In this document: in pieces, positions 8,817-19,267 of the stretch
How the letters are laid out: every line of letters begins with the position of its first letter
Position numbering within the stretch: the first letter of the stretch is position 1
IMG/VR virus record: IMGVR_UViG_3300025723_000017
Location: 64,001-128,000 of that record
Strand: one strand, 5' to 3'
Origin: a virus
Lineage: Duplodnaviria; Caudoviricetes
DNA length: 64,000 bases
Position numbers and translations under genes: made by a program
Notes under the pieces: model-generated
Database searches by the model: none
Told to the model about the DNA's origin: nothing
What the model saw: only the letters and a program-made list of their open reading frames with translations

Positions 8817-10481
8817 ATGATATTTGGATTAATAACTTTATTTACGGCAATCGCAATCAGTATTTCGGCGGCAATATATTCAATTTTAGGGCTAACTGCC
8901 ATATTTTCTGCTGCCTATTGGCCCATAGTTATACTCGGCGGATCTCTTGAGTTTGGCAAAATTATAACTACATTATGGTTACATAAGTATTGGAAAGAAG
9001 CTGAACTACAATATAAATTATATTTGTCATTTTCAGTATGTGTTTTAATGGTAATGACATCAATGGGTGTATTTGGTTTCTTGTCAAAAGCACATTCAGA
9101 TCAAGCAGTACCAACAGGCGATATCGCAGCTCAAATAGAGTTAATAGATACTAAAATTCAAACTCAACGGGAGAATATCAATGCAGCACGTAAAGTTCTT
9201 ACTCAAATGGATGGCTCAGTTGATGAAGTGTTGTCACGTAGTAAAACCGAACAAGGTGCACGTAATGCCAACACACTTAGACAACAACAAGCCAAAGATC
9301 GTACGAAACTTGCGACTGATATTGGCCAGGCGCAGACTGAAATCGCAAAACTCAATGAACAAAAAGCTGTAATATCTAAGGACTTGCGTAAAGTAGAAGC
9401 TGAAGTTGGTCCAATTAAATATATTGCGGCGTTGATATATGGCGATAACCCTGACACTAATTTACTAGAGAAAGCTGTTCGCTGGGTAATCATATTGATT
9501 GTATCAGTGTTTGACCCACTTGCCATCACATTATTATTAGCTGGTACCAAGGCGTTTGACTGGGAACGTGAAAAAAGAAAAAAGCTAGATGAATCTAAAA
9601 TTGATGCCGATCACTACGATAAATTGATTAAAAATCTTACAGATAACAATAATCAATTGCAACAAGAAAATGCTAATTTAATATCTAGCATTAATAATAT
9701 TGAAACAACGACAGTATCTGATACAGCGCAACAAGACATGTATACAGAATTGAACGAAAAAATTAAAGAATTTTATGCAGACCCCGAAGTTGTTGTTTTT
9801 GAAACTCAAGATCCTGCTACTGCAAAAGGGTCAACGGTAACCAACTTACCAGCGTATGAACCTGATGATGGTCCATTAACTGATGATCAAATTGAACAGA
9901 TTAAAGAACTAGTAAAAAACGAACTACCTGCAGATGAATTGATTGCCAAAGATTCATTATTTCCGGAAGAAATATATGAAGATATAAAACCTTATGGTAA
10001 TGAATTGCAACAACATGCCATGAAAGTTTGGAAAACAAATAACCTAGACAAAACATACAGAGAATATATTGAACAATATAATGCAGGAAAAATAACAGAG
10101 TTACCTTGGGATCATCCAAGTCATGTAGATGGACTTAATTTAAGCGATAGAGATTTGATTACTCTCAAGTTGGGGTTAGAAGCTGACAATGATCCTAATG
10201 TTGGCGAATTAAAAGGATTCGGTGTTGAATTTCCTAAATCTGCAAAGAAAAGTGATATGTTCCTTCGTGTAGATAATTTACCAAGCATGCTTTACAAATA
10301 CAATGGTAGTCAATGGATAAAAGTAAATAAAAATTTAAGTGACAGCTATATATACGATGATGCGTATATCAATCATCTAATTGAAAAAATTGGAACAGGA
10401 GAATATGATCCTGATCTGTTGAGCGATGCTGAACGCGACCGTATTGCATTACAACTCAAGAATACATCTGACCTAGGATAA
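8817..10481 (+). CDS. Multi-pass membrane protein with long coiled coil
   Basis: N-terminal TM helices, GFLSKAH, EVGPIKYIA, FDPLAI; TAAATA upstream. Confidence 0.65.
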   Translation: MIFGLITLFTAIAISISAAIYSILGLTAIFSAAYWPIVILGGSLEFGKIITTLWLHKYWKEAELQYKLYLSFSVCVLMVMTSMGVFGFLSKAHSDQAVPTGDIAAQIELIDTKIQTQRENINAARKVLTQMDGSVDEVLSRSKTEQGARNANTLRQQQAKDRTKLATDIGQAQTEIAKLNEQKAVISKDLRKVEAEVGPIKYIAALIYGDNPDTNLLEKAVRWVIILIVSVFDPLAITLLLAGTKAFDWEREKRKKLDESKIDADHYDKLIKNLTDNNNQLQQENANLISSINNIETTTVSDTAQQDMYTELNEKIKEFYADPEVVVFETQDPATAKGSTVTNLPAYEPDDGPLTDDQIEQIKELVKNELPADELIAKDSLFPEEIYEDIKPYGNELQQHAMKVWKTNNLDKTYREYIEQYNAGKITELPWDHPSHVDGLNLSDRDLITLKLGLEADNDPNVGELKGFGVEFPKSAKKSDMFLRVDNLPSMLYKYNGSQWIKVNKNLSDSYIYDDAYINHLIEKIGTGEYDPDLLSDAERDRIALQLKNTSDLG

Positions 10482-10482
10482 T

Positions 10483-11673
10483 ATGACTGAAAAAATTAAT
10501 CACTGCTCATTTTGCGGCAAACATAAAAATTCAGTAGTGAAATTAATAGTTGGACACAATGTTGCTATTTGTAATGGATGTATCGAATTTTGTGACAAAT
10601 TATTAAAAAATAAACAAAGCACAGAAAAATCTGCTACTATGATGGACATACCAAATCCACAAGATATCAAAAATTATTTAGATCAATACGTTGTAGGGCA
10701 AGATAATGCTAAGATAGTGTTATCAGTAGCAATTACTAATCATTACAAACGTATTGGCAATAGTGATAACGAAATCGATAAAGCTAATATTTTAATGGTT
10801 GGTCCTACTGGAACAGGTAAAACTTTGTTGGCTAAAACAGTGGCAGAATATTTAAATGTTCCGTTTGCCATAGCTGATGCTACTACACTAACGGAAGCAG
10901 GGTATGTTGGGGATGATGTTGATTCAGTAATAATGAGACTATATCAAAATGCTGATTCAGATGTTGAAAAAACACAGCGTGGTATTATATTTTTAGACGA
11001 AATAGATAAAATTGCTCGCAAAAGTGAAAGTGCCACTGTTAGTAGAGATGTGTCGGGAGAAGGGGTACAACAGGCTTTACTAAAATTAATCGAAGGCACT
11101 AAAATTAAAATTAGTCCAACTAATTCACGTAGAACTGAAACCACAGTAGAAATTGATACTTCTAATATTTTATTCATTGCCGGGGGTGCATTTGTTGGGC
11201 TCGATAAAATTATAAAAAATCGTGTACGTGGCACTGCGATGGGGTTCGGTGCCGAACTCACTAAAGATGATGCAGATGAAACTGTTAACACTATGCCAGA
11301 TGATTTAGTTAAATATGGTATGATTCCTGAGTTTGTGGGAAGATTTAGTAATTTGGTAAATTTAGAAGAGCTTAGTAAAGATCAACTGATCAGTATTTTA
11401 ACAGAGGTTAAACATAATTATGTAGGGCAATATCAATGGTTGTTTAGTCAAGATGGGGTCGATCTTAATTTTGAAAAAGATTCTCTTAATTTAATTGCTG
11501 AACGCACACTTAAGACTAAAACAGGTGCCCGTGGTTTGCATACGGAATTAGAACGTATACTACTTCCACACATGTTTGATTTGCCAAAATATCGCAAACA
11601 AAGTATATTATCAGTAGCAATTACGTTAAATTTAGTAAATACTCCAGTGACACTTGCACAGGAGAATGAATGA
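10483..11673 (+). CDS. clpX: ATP-dependent Clp protease ATPase subunit ClpX
   Basis: C4 zinc-binding domain, Walker [40 protein letters not shown] loop, GARGL. Confidence 0.97.
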   Translation: MTEKINHCSFCGKHKNSVVKLIVGHNVAICNGCIEFCDKLLKNKQSTEKSATMMDIPNPQDIKNYLDQYVVGQDNAKIVLSVAITNHYKRIGNSDNEIDKANILMVGPTGTGKTLLAKTVAEYLNVPFAIADATTLTEAGYVGDDVDSVIMRLYQNADSDVEKTQRGIIFLDEIDKIARKSESATVSRDVSGEGVQQALLKLIEGTKIKISPTNSRRTETTVEIDTSNILFIAGGAFVGLDKIIKNRVRGTAMGFGAELTKDDADETVNTMPDDLVKYGMIPEFVGRFSNLVNLEELSKDQLISILTEVKHNYVGQYQWLFSQDGVDLNFEKDSLNLIAERTLKTKTGARGLHTELERILLPHMFDLPKYRKQSILSVAITLNLVNTPVTLAQENE

Positions 11674-11891
11674 AACTTTATGGACACACCGTAATCGTCA
11701 GCGATGATAACGTAGAACGAGCATTAAGAAAATTTAAGAAGAAAATTCAAGACTCTGGATTACTCGATGAACTAAGAGCAAGAGAAACTTTTGAAAAACC
11801 CACAACAGAACGTAAACGAAAAAAAGGTGCAGCTAAATCACGTTGGCGCAAGAAACTTCGTTCACAAGAACTTCCAAAAAAATTATATTAA
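11670..11891 (+). CDS. rpsU: 30S ribosomal protein bS21
   Basis: [12 protein letters not shown]...[19 protein letters not shown]. Confidence 0.93.
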   Translation: MKLYGHTVIVSDDNVERALRKFKKKIQDSGLLDELRARETFEKPTTERKRKKGAAKSRWRKKLRSQELPKKLY

Positions 11892-11943
11892 TTTTGCCAA
11901 ATAATATATATAGTTAATGATTTTACAGTATAATAAATACTGT

Positions 11944-11996
11944 TGTAGGTGCCGATGGTCGGGCTTACACTATGTCACTTCGTTTAATTAAAGGAG
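11944..11996 (+). promoter_or_regulatory. ROSE-like structured 5'UTR (putative RNA thermometer)
   Basis: Hairpin TGTAGGTGCCGATGGTCGGGCTTACA, then CTTCGTTT pairing with AAAGGAG (SD) around a bulged G. Confidence 0.55.
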
Positions 11997-12002
11997 AAAA
12001 CA

Positions 12003-12449
12003 ATGACAAAAATCACTACCATGGATCTCAATCCATTCTATCGTAACTCTATTGGTGTAGATCAATTATTTGATCGTATTTTAAATCAAATGGATCGACA
12101 CAGTAACGACAGCACTAATTATCCCCCATATAACATTATTAAAACAGGCGACAATACTTTTGAAGTTCAAGTAGCAACTGCCGGATTTAATGAGGGAGAG
12201 GTTAATGTAGAAGTTAAAGACAATACTCTTATTGTCAATGGCACAAAACAAGATAAAGAGTTGCCTGAAGGACATGAATATTCATTCAAAGGCATCAGTG
12301 CCCGCAATTTTATACGTACATTTAGCCTAGCTGATTATGTAGAAGTTGTAAGTGCTTCATCGAAAAACGGTATCATAACTATTAAGTTAGTACGTAATAT
12401 TCCAGATGCTCTGCAACCTAAATCAATTGCAATCACATACGAATCATAA
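12003..12449 (+). CDS. ibpA: Small heat-shock protein, Hsp20/IbpA-like
   Basis: NYPPYNI, AGF, GISARNFIRTF, NGIITI, P-x-I-x-I tail. Confidence 0.93.
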   Translation: MTKITTMDLNPFYRNSIGVDQLFDRILNQMDRHSNDSTNYPPYNIIKTGDNTFEVQVATAGFNEGEVNVEVKDNTLIVNGTKQDKELPEGHEYSFKGISARNFIRTFSLADYVEVVSASSKNGIITIKLVRNIPDALQPKSIAITYES

Positions 12450-12517
12450 TACAATGTAATTTAGTAAATACAGTACGGGATATGTTGTCCCGTACTTAAC
12501 AATCATAAGGAACTGGT

Positions 12518-12826
12518 ATGTCACAGCAAGATATAATTACAAAAATTGATGTCAATCATGAGCTTAAAGAACCGCCACTATTTAAAGTTATATATTTAAA
12601 TGATAACGGCACAACAATGGAATTTGTAGTTGAATCTTTAATAAAAGTTTTCGACTATAATACTGATACTGCTGTAAAAATTACTCAAGATATACATGAA
12701 GCAGGATCAGCTGTAGTGGCTGTATTGCCTTATGAAATTGCAGAACAAAAAGGTGTCGAAGTTACAATGTCGGCTCGCAGAGTAAACATGCCTTTACAAG
12801 TTAAACTGGAACCCGAAACCGATTAA
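12518..12826 (+). CDS. clpS: ATP-dependent Clp protease adaptor ClpS
   Basis: PPLFKVIYLND..TTMEFVV...IHEAGSAVV..YEIAEQK. Confidence 0.92.
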   Translation: MSQQDIITKIDVNHELKEPPLFKVIYLNDNGTTMEFVVESLIKVFDYNTDTAVKITQDIHEAGSAVVAVLPYEIAEQKGVEVTMSARRVNMPLQVKLEPETD

Positions 12827-13611
12827 ATTTGTATAGTAATACGTTTTGGATAATACATAGATTGTGAATATAGTGTATCCTCGTTATCACGAGGATTACT
12901 TACATATCTAATTCCATCAATAACAGTATCTATGGGCCTATGATAATGGCCAAAACACCATAATTTTATTTTATTTTCTAGATCCATTGGAAGTACAGTT
13001 TGCATATATCTGTTTCCCATAGTATTAAATTTCCAAGAGTTAATTAATTCTAAATCATGTTGTATAATACTGGGAATAGGTACAGTATGTGTAACTACAA
13101 TTATAGACTTTACATCCTTGTAAGTTTGTAATTTAGAGATACTGTTGTTTATATAGCCAGCATCTCGATATGACACTCCGTGTATGTTTATAGCATCTGT
13201 CTGACTCATATTATCATTATATTGAGCCCATGCCACTGATTGATCTAAATCTAAATGCGGGTCAAAATCATAGCTCCACCATCCATTAGTTGCTATTATA
13301 GCTAGTCCATTCATAATTACAATATTATCTTGCGTATAAATTACATTTTTTATTGGCTTGATAAGTTCAGCTAATTCAGTATAACTTCGATTTAAATTTT
13401 CAATATGATTTTTATGTTCTTCATTTCCATCAATATAAAATACTCCAGTATAAACTTGTCCCAGTTGTTCTAATGTGTCAACTACAAGAGAACGATCTCT
13501 TGCTATATCTCCAGCAACTATACAATATTGTGAAGTTGGTTGCCCCTGCCAATCGAAATCAGGCCAAGTTTCGCGATGCAAATCGCTTATGAGATCAAAA
13601 GTAAAATTCAT
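12823..13611 (-). CDS. Calcineurin-like metallophosphoesterase
   Basis: SDLH, AGD, GNEE, THTVP, GHYH and SNP motifs. Confidence 0.85.
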   Translation of the reverse strand: MNFTFDLISDLHRETWPDFDWQGQPTSQYCIVAGDIARDRSLVVDTLEQLGQVYTGVFYIDGNEEHKNHIENLNRSYTELAELIKPIKNVIYTQDNIVIMNGLAIIATNGWWSYDFDPHLDLDQSVAWAQYNDNMSQTDAINIHGVSYRDAGYINNSISKLQTYKDVKSIIVVTHTVPIPSIIQHDLELINSWKFNTMGNRYMQTVLPMDLENKIKLWCFGHYHRPIDTVIDGIRYVSNPRDNEDTLYSQSMYYPKRITIQI

Positions 13612-13674
13612 TTAAGTGTATCTTTTTTGTGGGTGGATGTGTATTCATGATAATTATTTAACAGGAGATACATC

Positions 13675-14028
13675 ATGAATATAATTTTCGGCACCGCAGA
13701 AGCAACAAAAATACAAGAAAAATACATTGTACTTGAGTTAGATATGATAACCATTAAAAGTAGCGATCCTATTAATACATATTGCGTATTAGAAACTGTG
13801 CCACTTGAGGAGTTAGCAGGAGTTGAAATTTTTAAAAAATTACACGCTGATTTAATTTTAAACTATCGAAATCGTAATTGGGATTTTTGTAATCAGGCAC
13901 TAGATCAATTAATAGGACGATGGGGAAAAGAAATTGATTCATTTTATGAAATATTAAAAAATCGTATAGTTAGTTTTAGGGAACAAGAACCAACGGATAA
14001 TTGGACTTATGTAATAGCCAAATCTTAA
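13675..14028 (+). CDS. Hypothetical protein
   Basis: 117 aa ORF with AGGAG RBS. Confidence 0.6.
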   Translation: MNIIFGTAEATKIQEKYIVLELDMITIKSSDPINTYCVLETVPLEELAGVEIFKKLHADLILNYRNRNWDFCNQALDQLIGRWGKEIDSFYEILKNRIVSFREQEPTDNWTYVIAKS

Positions 14029-14068
14029 CCATTTAACAATAAATACTGTTAACTAAAGGATTTAAAAA

Positions 14069-14653
14069 ATGGCTTTGATAGATACAGTTTTATCCATGAT
14101 AACAAGAAAAAATAAAAATGATATTATGACTCCGCCTGCAAAAGGTAGTCGTAGCGAGCGCGAAGCAAAAATTAAAGATAAAGCAGGTATGGTAATCAAT
14201 GTATTTGCTTTATTGCTGGCAGTCAACACTTATTTTAGTAATGGATATAGCAGCTTAATACTTAACAATACTATCAAAGCCAACGATACTTGGAGTTTCT
14301 ATCAAGCAAAAGCACTAAAACAAACCCTAGCCGAATATGCTCTTGACAGTGCCGTTAAATCTCAGGATCATGTGCGTATTAAAGAATTAACTGCACGTAT
14401 TGAACGATATGAAACGGAACCAGTTGAGGGAAAACGTGATTTAATGGCACATGCTATTAAACTAGAGAATGATCGTGACGAAGCCAAAAAGAAATCACCT
14501 TGGACTAATTATGCATCAACTGCATTTCAATTAAGTATTGTTTTATTATCAGCTAGTATATTAGCTGTTAGTATGACACTATTCTGGGGAAGTTTTGTCG
14601 TGGCAGGAATAGGAGTATTCTTAATGAGTCAGGGAATTTGGTTGTGGTTTTAA
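14069..14653 (+). CDS. Membrane protein, DUF4337-like
   Basis: ANDTWSFYQAK motif; TM helices at both ends. Confidence 0.65.
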   Translation: MALIDTVLSMITRKNKNDIMTPPAKGSRSEREAKIKDKAGMVINVFALLLAVNTYFSNGYSSLILNNTIKANDTWSFYQAKALKQTLAEYALDSAVKSQDHVRIKELTARIERYETEPVEGKRDLMAHAIKLENDRDEAKKKSPWTNYASTAFQLSIVLLSASILAVSMTLFWGSFVVAGIGVFLMSQGIWLWF

Positions 14654-14677
14654 GTAGCTGATTAAAAAATTTGCAGT

Positions 14678-15586
14678 TTATTTTTCATTATCGTCTTCGT
14701 CTCTAGAATGAAAGTAACTTTTAATATCTTCTAGTAACTTAGGTTTATTTGCTCTAAGTTTAATTAACCCATTATCCCGATATCCTAGATCTTCGATAGG
14801 ATTAAACTTGTTTTCGCTAAGTATTTTCCAACGCCAGTTATAACCACGATTACTTTTCTTACCATGCCAATTATGATTTATTGTGACTGGTACATACCCT
14901 ACATTTCCAGCTACGCATTCTTCACATTTATCAGCCCACTGCTGTATTGCTGCACTACTATATCCGCCGCTCTTGCTATCTAAACTAGAATCTTTAATTT
15001 GTCTAGTAAGTGCAAATGCCATAAACCAATCACCAGATCCAACAATACCCCAGTCTATTAACCCACCTGTGTGATTTAATGCAGTTCGTGTAGCAGCCCA
15101 TGCTAAGCCTGATCGGCCACGTTTTTTAGGATTCCAATCATTATTGACCCAACGATTTATAAAACTTTTTTCAGTGCTAATGATTTCACCGTCTGGCCCT
15201 AAGTCATTAGCCTGTTCAAACATTTGTACAAACGGATGGTTATCTAATGCATCTATAGTATCTTGGACCCATGTGTCATTATCAAAATGTACATCAGCAT
15301 CAATCCAAGCAATATATTTGGCATCCGCTGGTAAATGATTTATTCCAATATTCAATAAATTTTCTTTATACCAAAGTATTTCATCAGTTGTAAGTTGTAT
15401 ATGGTGGTTACAATCGGCATCAGTTACTGAAAATTTTTGTCCCTCAAAAATAAGTTCTACTGTCCATAGTTCTATATTTTTGAATTGCTTCATGTAGTTT
15501 ACAAAATTATGATATAACCTGTACCTAGATTGATAACCTTCCGGATTAAATACGCAGGTTACGATATACAGCTTATCATTCTTCAA
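14678..15586 (-). CDS. Putative GT-A glycosyltransferase
   Basis: WYKENLLNIG, WIDAD (DxD), GSGD, HNWHG. Confidence 0.65.
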   Translation of the reverse strand: MKNDKLYIVTCVFNPEGYQSRYRLYHNFVNYMKQFKNIELWTVELIFEGQKFSVTDADCNHHIQLTTDEILWYKENLLNIGINHLPADAKYIAWIDADVHFDNDTWVQDTIDALDNHPFVQMFEQANDLGPDGEIISTEKSFINRWVNNDWNPKKRGRSGLAWAATRTALNHTGGLIDWGIVGSGDWFMAFALTRQIKDSSLDSKSGGYSSAAIQQWADKCEECVAGNVGYVPVTINHNWHGKKSNRGYNWRWKILSENKFNPIEDLGYRDNGLIKLRANKPKLLEDIKSYFHSRDEDDNEK

Positions 15587-15752
15587 TTAAATCTCCGTTG
15601 TGCTGACATAGCATTTGTGCATTAAAATATTATTTATATTAATAAAAAAATGAATTAAAAACTGGTTACGAGTTCCAGTGACATTCTATTGGTATGTCCG
15701 ATTGCATTTATTTATTGATATAGCAGTATATTATTATTGCTATTTTATTACA

Positions 15753-16775
15753 CTAGCAGTTCCATTTACGCAACGATTTATTGATGCGGCTATTAGGATC
15801 ATGCGCTGTTTTCGACCCAGTTCGATGTTTCTTCATTCCCTTCATACGAGCACAGAAACTTTTACGACGTTTAGCTGCTTTACTGCCCTTTTTAAGTTTA
15901 CTGGGTTTAGTAGTTACGGCAGTTTGCAATTTCGAACCAGGATGTTCTCGCCGATAACTGGCTACACCTTTTTTGTTTAGCCCACCATTTTTATTTTTGC
16001 CTGATGATTTTTGCCAGGCTGCTGCCTCGGCTAATAATTCCTCATCTGATGCAGATTCTAATAAATCCCAAATTGTATCAGAATCAACTCCTGCTTCTTC
16101 GGCGAGATAATCAACCATGGATTCTATCTGGTCAAATTGCTCATCTTCTGTTACCTGCTTGGGTTTTATATGTTGCTTTTTCATATTAACCGCAATAGCT
16201 GCTTGCTGGGCTGCATTGGCTGCCTCAGTCATTTCGTCGTCGTTAATTAGTTTGTAATTCAGTTTGCTTGCAATATGCGACCATGCTGTTGGATTTTCAT
16301 TATTACCCCCTATAAATAATGCCGGCTTCAGGTTTGGCTCATTTTGCATCAATTGTTCTGTCGTTTGTTTGATAGCCAATTCTAATACACCTTTATACGG
16401 GCCGGTAACAACATCCCATAGGTACACTCCGACATATCCGTCTTCGATTAATGCGTCGCCAATAACAGTTAACTCACCATTCTCGCTTTCTACCCCATCG
16501 CCTCTTAACTGAAATTTACCCTGCGGATATTTTTTCTTAAGAATTTCCAGTAGATTTTGGCAAAAATCTACATTTGATTCTATTTTTTTCGCATTATTAA
16601 CCGCAATAGCTGCTTGCTGGGCTGAGGCGCCGTCTTCCTCTATACTTTCGTTGGGTACACAGTTGTTGACCCTAACTCCACCTTTGATCTTGGTGCCAGT
16701 CTTATGCTTGCCTTTCCAGCAATGTGCATCAAGTCTCTGCTTGATTGCTTCATTTATGAATTCATTCGCTCTCAT
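15753..16775 (-). CDS. Mosaic putative internal head protein with capsid-targeting-like N-terminus
   Basis: MRANEFINE; CWKG...NNCVP; basic C-terminal RRKSFCARM...SLRKWNC module; internal 29-bp direct repeat. Confidence 0.6.
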   Translation of the reverse strand: MRANEFINEAIKQRLDAHCWKGKHKTGTKIKGGVRVNNCVPNESIEEDGASAQQAAIAVNNAKKIESNVDFCQNLLEILKKKYPQGKFQLRGDGVESENGELTVIGDALIEDGYVGVYLWDVVTGPYKGVLELAIKQTTEQLMQNEPNLKPALFIGGNNENPTAWSHIASKLNYKLINDDEMTEAANAAQQAAIAVNMKKQHIKPKQVTEDEQFDQIESMVDYLAEEAGVDSDTIWDLLESASDEELLAEAAAWQKSSGKNKNGGLNKKGVASYRREHPGSKLQTAVTTKPSKLKKGSKAAKRRKSFCARMKGMKKHRTGSKTAHDPNSRINKSLRKWNC

Positions 16776-16777
16776 GA

Positions 16778-17035
16778 TTACTGTTGGTTATTTTGTAAAG
16801 CCCCGCATCCCGCAGTCAACCCTAGATCGTGCTGTTCGTGAATCGCCACTGCCATGGAATCGTTCTGTATATCTATCACATTCAAATCGTCCGGAAACGA
16901 ATATGAACTACCGTTTAAATCCAAAGCCAATCCAGCCTGCGCCAATTGAAACATAACCCAATGTAATTTTCTCTCTAAATCGCGCAAAGGTGTTCCTTCT
17001 TCTATGCGCGGATCATGCTTGAAAAAATCATCCAT
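16778..17035 (-). CDS. Hypothetical protein
   Basis: AGGAG RBS and TAAATA upstream on the minus strand. Confidence 0.55.
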   Translation of the reverse strand: MDDFFKHDPRIEEGTPLRDLERKLHWVMFQLAQAGLALDLNGSSYSFPDDLNVIDIQNDSMAVAIHEQHDLGLTAGCGALQNNQQ

Positions 17036-17099
17036 ATCTATCTCCTATACAAATATTTAGTTATTTTTTTCATAATCTAATTAATGAATAAGTAATAGC

Positions 17100-17660
17100 A
17101 TGAATATACAATGGATTCTTGCTGATAATCTTATTTTAGATCCCGATATTGATATCGATCGAATGAAAAGTGCCGGGGCATTCTGGGGCTCCTGGAAAAC
17201 ATGGCGAGCATATAATACTGATAATGTAGTTTGTCATGATATATCAAAAGCACAGGAATTGATCAAAAGAGCTTTTCAAGCCAACTGCAATTTTTATATC
17301 GCTAACTCAACATATTTGACACTAGGACGTCCGCAAGGAGTTAAGTTATATGAAGGCGACTTCATGGGACACAATGTTAAAAATCAAGATGAATTGGTAG
17401 CTATGAATTTAGCTGCAAGTATTTGTGATGTTGTATTATTAATGGGATTCAATTGGGAAAATCCCCCATCGACTGCTGATAAAATAGAAGAAGTCAAAGC
17501 CAATAATTACTTAGGATTAGTACACCAAGCTATAAAATCAACCCCCCACGTACAGTGGATATTGATAGATCACACTGCTGACATTCGACAAGATCTATTA
17601 ACCTTACCAAATCTTGAGCAAGATACTTTCGAAAACGTTTTGGCTATTCTTGGTAGTTGA
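17100..17660 (+). CDS. Hypothetical protein
   Basis: 186 aa ORF. Confidence 0.6.
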   Translation: MNIQWILADNLILDPDIDIDRMKSAGAFWGSWKTWRAYNTDNVVCHDISKAQELIKRAFQANCNFYIANSTYLTLGRPQGVKLYEGDFMGHNVKNQDELVAMNLAASICDVVLLMGFNWENPPSTADKIEEVKANNYLGLVHQAIKSTPHVQWILIDHTADIRQDLLTLPNLEQDTFENVLAILGS

Positions 17661-17714
17661 CAAATAACAAATAAGACAGTATTATAACATTATGATGACT
17701 AAGGAGGTCTCAAA

Positions 17715-18041
17715 ATGTTTAAAGATATGTTAGCAATTTTAGGCAGTGTTATCTTAGGAGCACTGCTACTTTTCGGTATCAGCTTTGGCGGATATCAAAT
17801 GTACAAATTCCTTGCACCAAAATATCGTGCTGTAGATAATATGGTGTTCAAAGAAAGCGAACAATATAATGATGGTATGATTCGTGATCTGGAAAATCTC
17901 CAGATGGAATATGTCAACGGTGATGCAGATAAAAAACAAGCACTTCGTGCTATTGTATTGCATCGTTTTAGCGTATATCCACAAGATCGTATGCCACCAA
18001 ATCTTCGTAATTTTTATAATCAACTTAAATCAGGATATTAA
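17715..18041 (+). CDS. Membrane-anchored hypothetical protein
   Basis: N-terminal TM; AAGGAGG RBS; sigma70-like promoter upstream. Confidence 0.65.
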   Translation: MFKDMLAILGSVILGALLLFGISFGGYQMYKFLAPKYRAVDNMVFKESEQYNDGMIRDLENLQMEYVNGDADKKQALRAIVLHRFSVYPQDRMPPNLRNFYNQLKSGY

Positions 18042-18043
18042 TC

Positions 18044-18532
18044 ATGGTTGAAACATTTGTGCTTTTTGCATCCACTTGGTTTATTACCTGGCAAGTACTA
18101 GTAGCATTTTGTATCTTTGGCGTGTGGAGTGAACATTGTGAATCTAGAGGATTTGCGGTATTTTGGGCACTTGCTGCTGCTGTATTGGGATTCTTTTACT
18201 TTAAGATGCCACTAATCCAAGTTGCGATGTATGCTGGAGCATATCTAGTAGTTGGAATTGTATGGAGCTTTTATCGTTACAAACGATTTATCGTTGCTAA
18301 GATTGAATCCATGAAGGAAATGAATCATCGAATGGATCGGATTAGTAATTATCATCCAAGTAATATGCTTAACGCCATTGCAGCATGGATCATTATATGG
18401 CCGTTTAGCTTGATCGAAAATCTGTGTGGGGATATAATTAATGGGATCGAAACACTAGTTAAGAAAGTATTCAAAGGTGTGTATAATCGTATTTACGAAA
18501 ATGCAGTCAAACAAATCAACGTTACCGAATAA
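18044..18532 (+). CDS. Integral membrane hypothetical protein
   Basis: Several hydrophobic segments; WIIIWPFS. Confidence 0.6.
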   Translation: MVETFVLFASTWFITWQVLVAFCIFGVWSEHCESRGFAVFWALAAAVLGFFYFKMPLIQVAMYAGAYLVVGIVWSFYRYKRFIVAKIESMKEMNHRMDRISNYHPSNMLNAIAAWIIIWPFSLIENLCGDIINGIETLVKKVFKGVYNRIYENAVKQINVTE

Positions 18533-18542
18533 GGAATTTGAA

Positions 18543-19037
18543 ATGAAATTAAAACTAATTGCAGTATTCTTCATGGCTTTGGTATTAGCCGGATGCGATG
18601 TACAACAACCAAGTGGCACATCGATTGAACGCAAAAAACAAGCAGAATTAAGCCTGCAAGCAATGCAAACAGTGGGTATGCCAGCCATCGTAAACTTTGC
18701 TGAAAAGCGTATGATGAAAGATATCATGGAATTGCGTGATCAAAATGTAGCAACAACAACTTACATTGTTGACATGAACGGAAAACTACACAAGATTTGT
18801 AATTCGGTCGGGTACGGATTACCCTATGCGACCCAATATACCAATCCACAAATGCCACAAAGAACATATGACGGAGGTTCAGTTTATGTACTGCCACAAG
18901 CCGATCCAAACGGCCTATATAGTCCTGCATCGGCGGATGGTACATGGATATTGTGTGTTGATGGCAAAACTGGTAAACCATCCCCTGTGTTTATGGAACC
19001 ACGTGTTATTGTTAGCCCGATTGCAATCGGCGAATAA
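18543..19037 (+). CDS. Putative lipoprotein
   Basis: Lipobox LAGC; GYGLPYATQYTNP...QADPNGLY. Confidence 0.7.
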   Translation: MKLKLIAVFFMALVLAGCDVQQPSGTSIERKKQAELSLQAMQTVGMPAIVNFAEKRMMKDIMELRDQNVATTTYIVDMNGKLHKICNSVGYGLPYATQYTNPQMPQRTYDGGSVYVLPQADPNGLYSPASADGTWILCVDGKTGKPSPVFMEPRVIVSPIAIGE

Positions 19038-19060
19038 TGATTGTATAATTAGAAAAGAAC

Positions 19061-19267
19061 TTGCTTACTTTACTTTCTAAACATCCAGTCAACTTAGACC
19101 AGTTGGGAAAAATGGTTAAATATTGTAGACAAACTTTAGGCGAACGTGGCAAGCAATGGGACTATGACGGCGGATTCCGAGTACGATTTAATTTCAAAGA
19201 AGAAAAAGATCGTACTTGGTTTTATTTTATTTTTGCACCTTACTTAGAAGATCCACATGAAAGGTAA
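19061..19267 (+). CDS. Divergent member of the FxL[RK]W small-protein family
   Basis: YCRQTLG...WDY...FNFKEEKDRTWF. Confidence 0.45.
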   Translation: MLTLLSKHPVNLDQLGKMVKYCRQTLGERGKQWDYDGGFRVRFNFKEEKDRTWFYFIFAPYLEDPHER

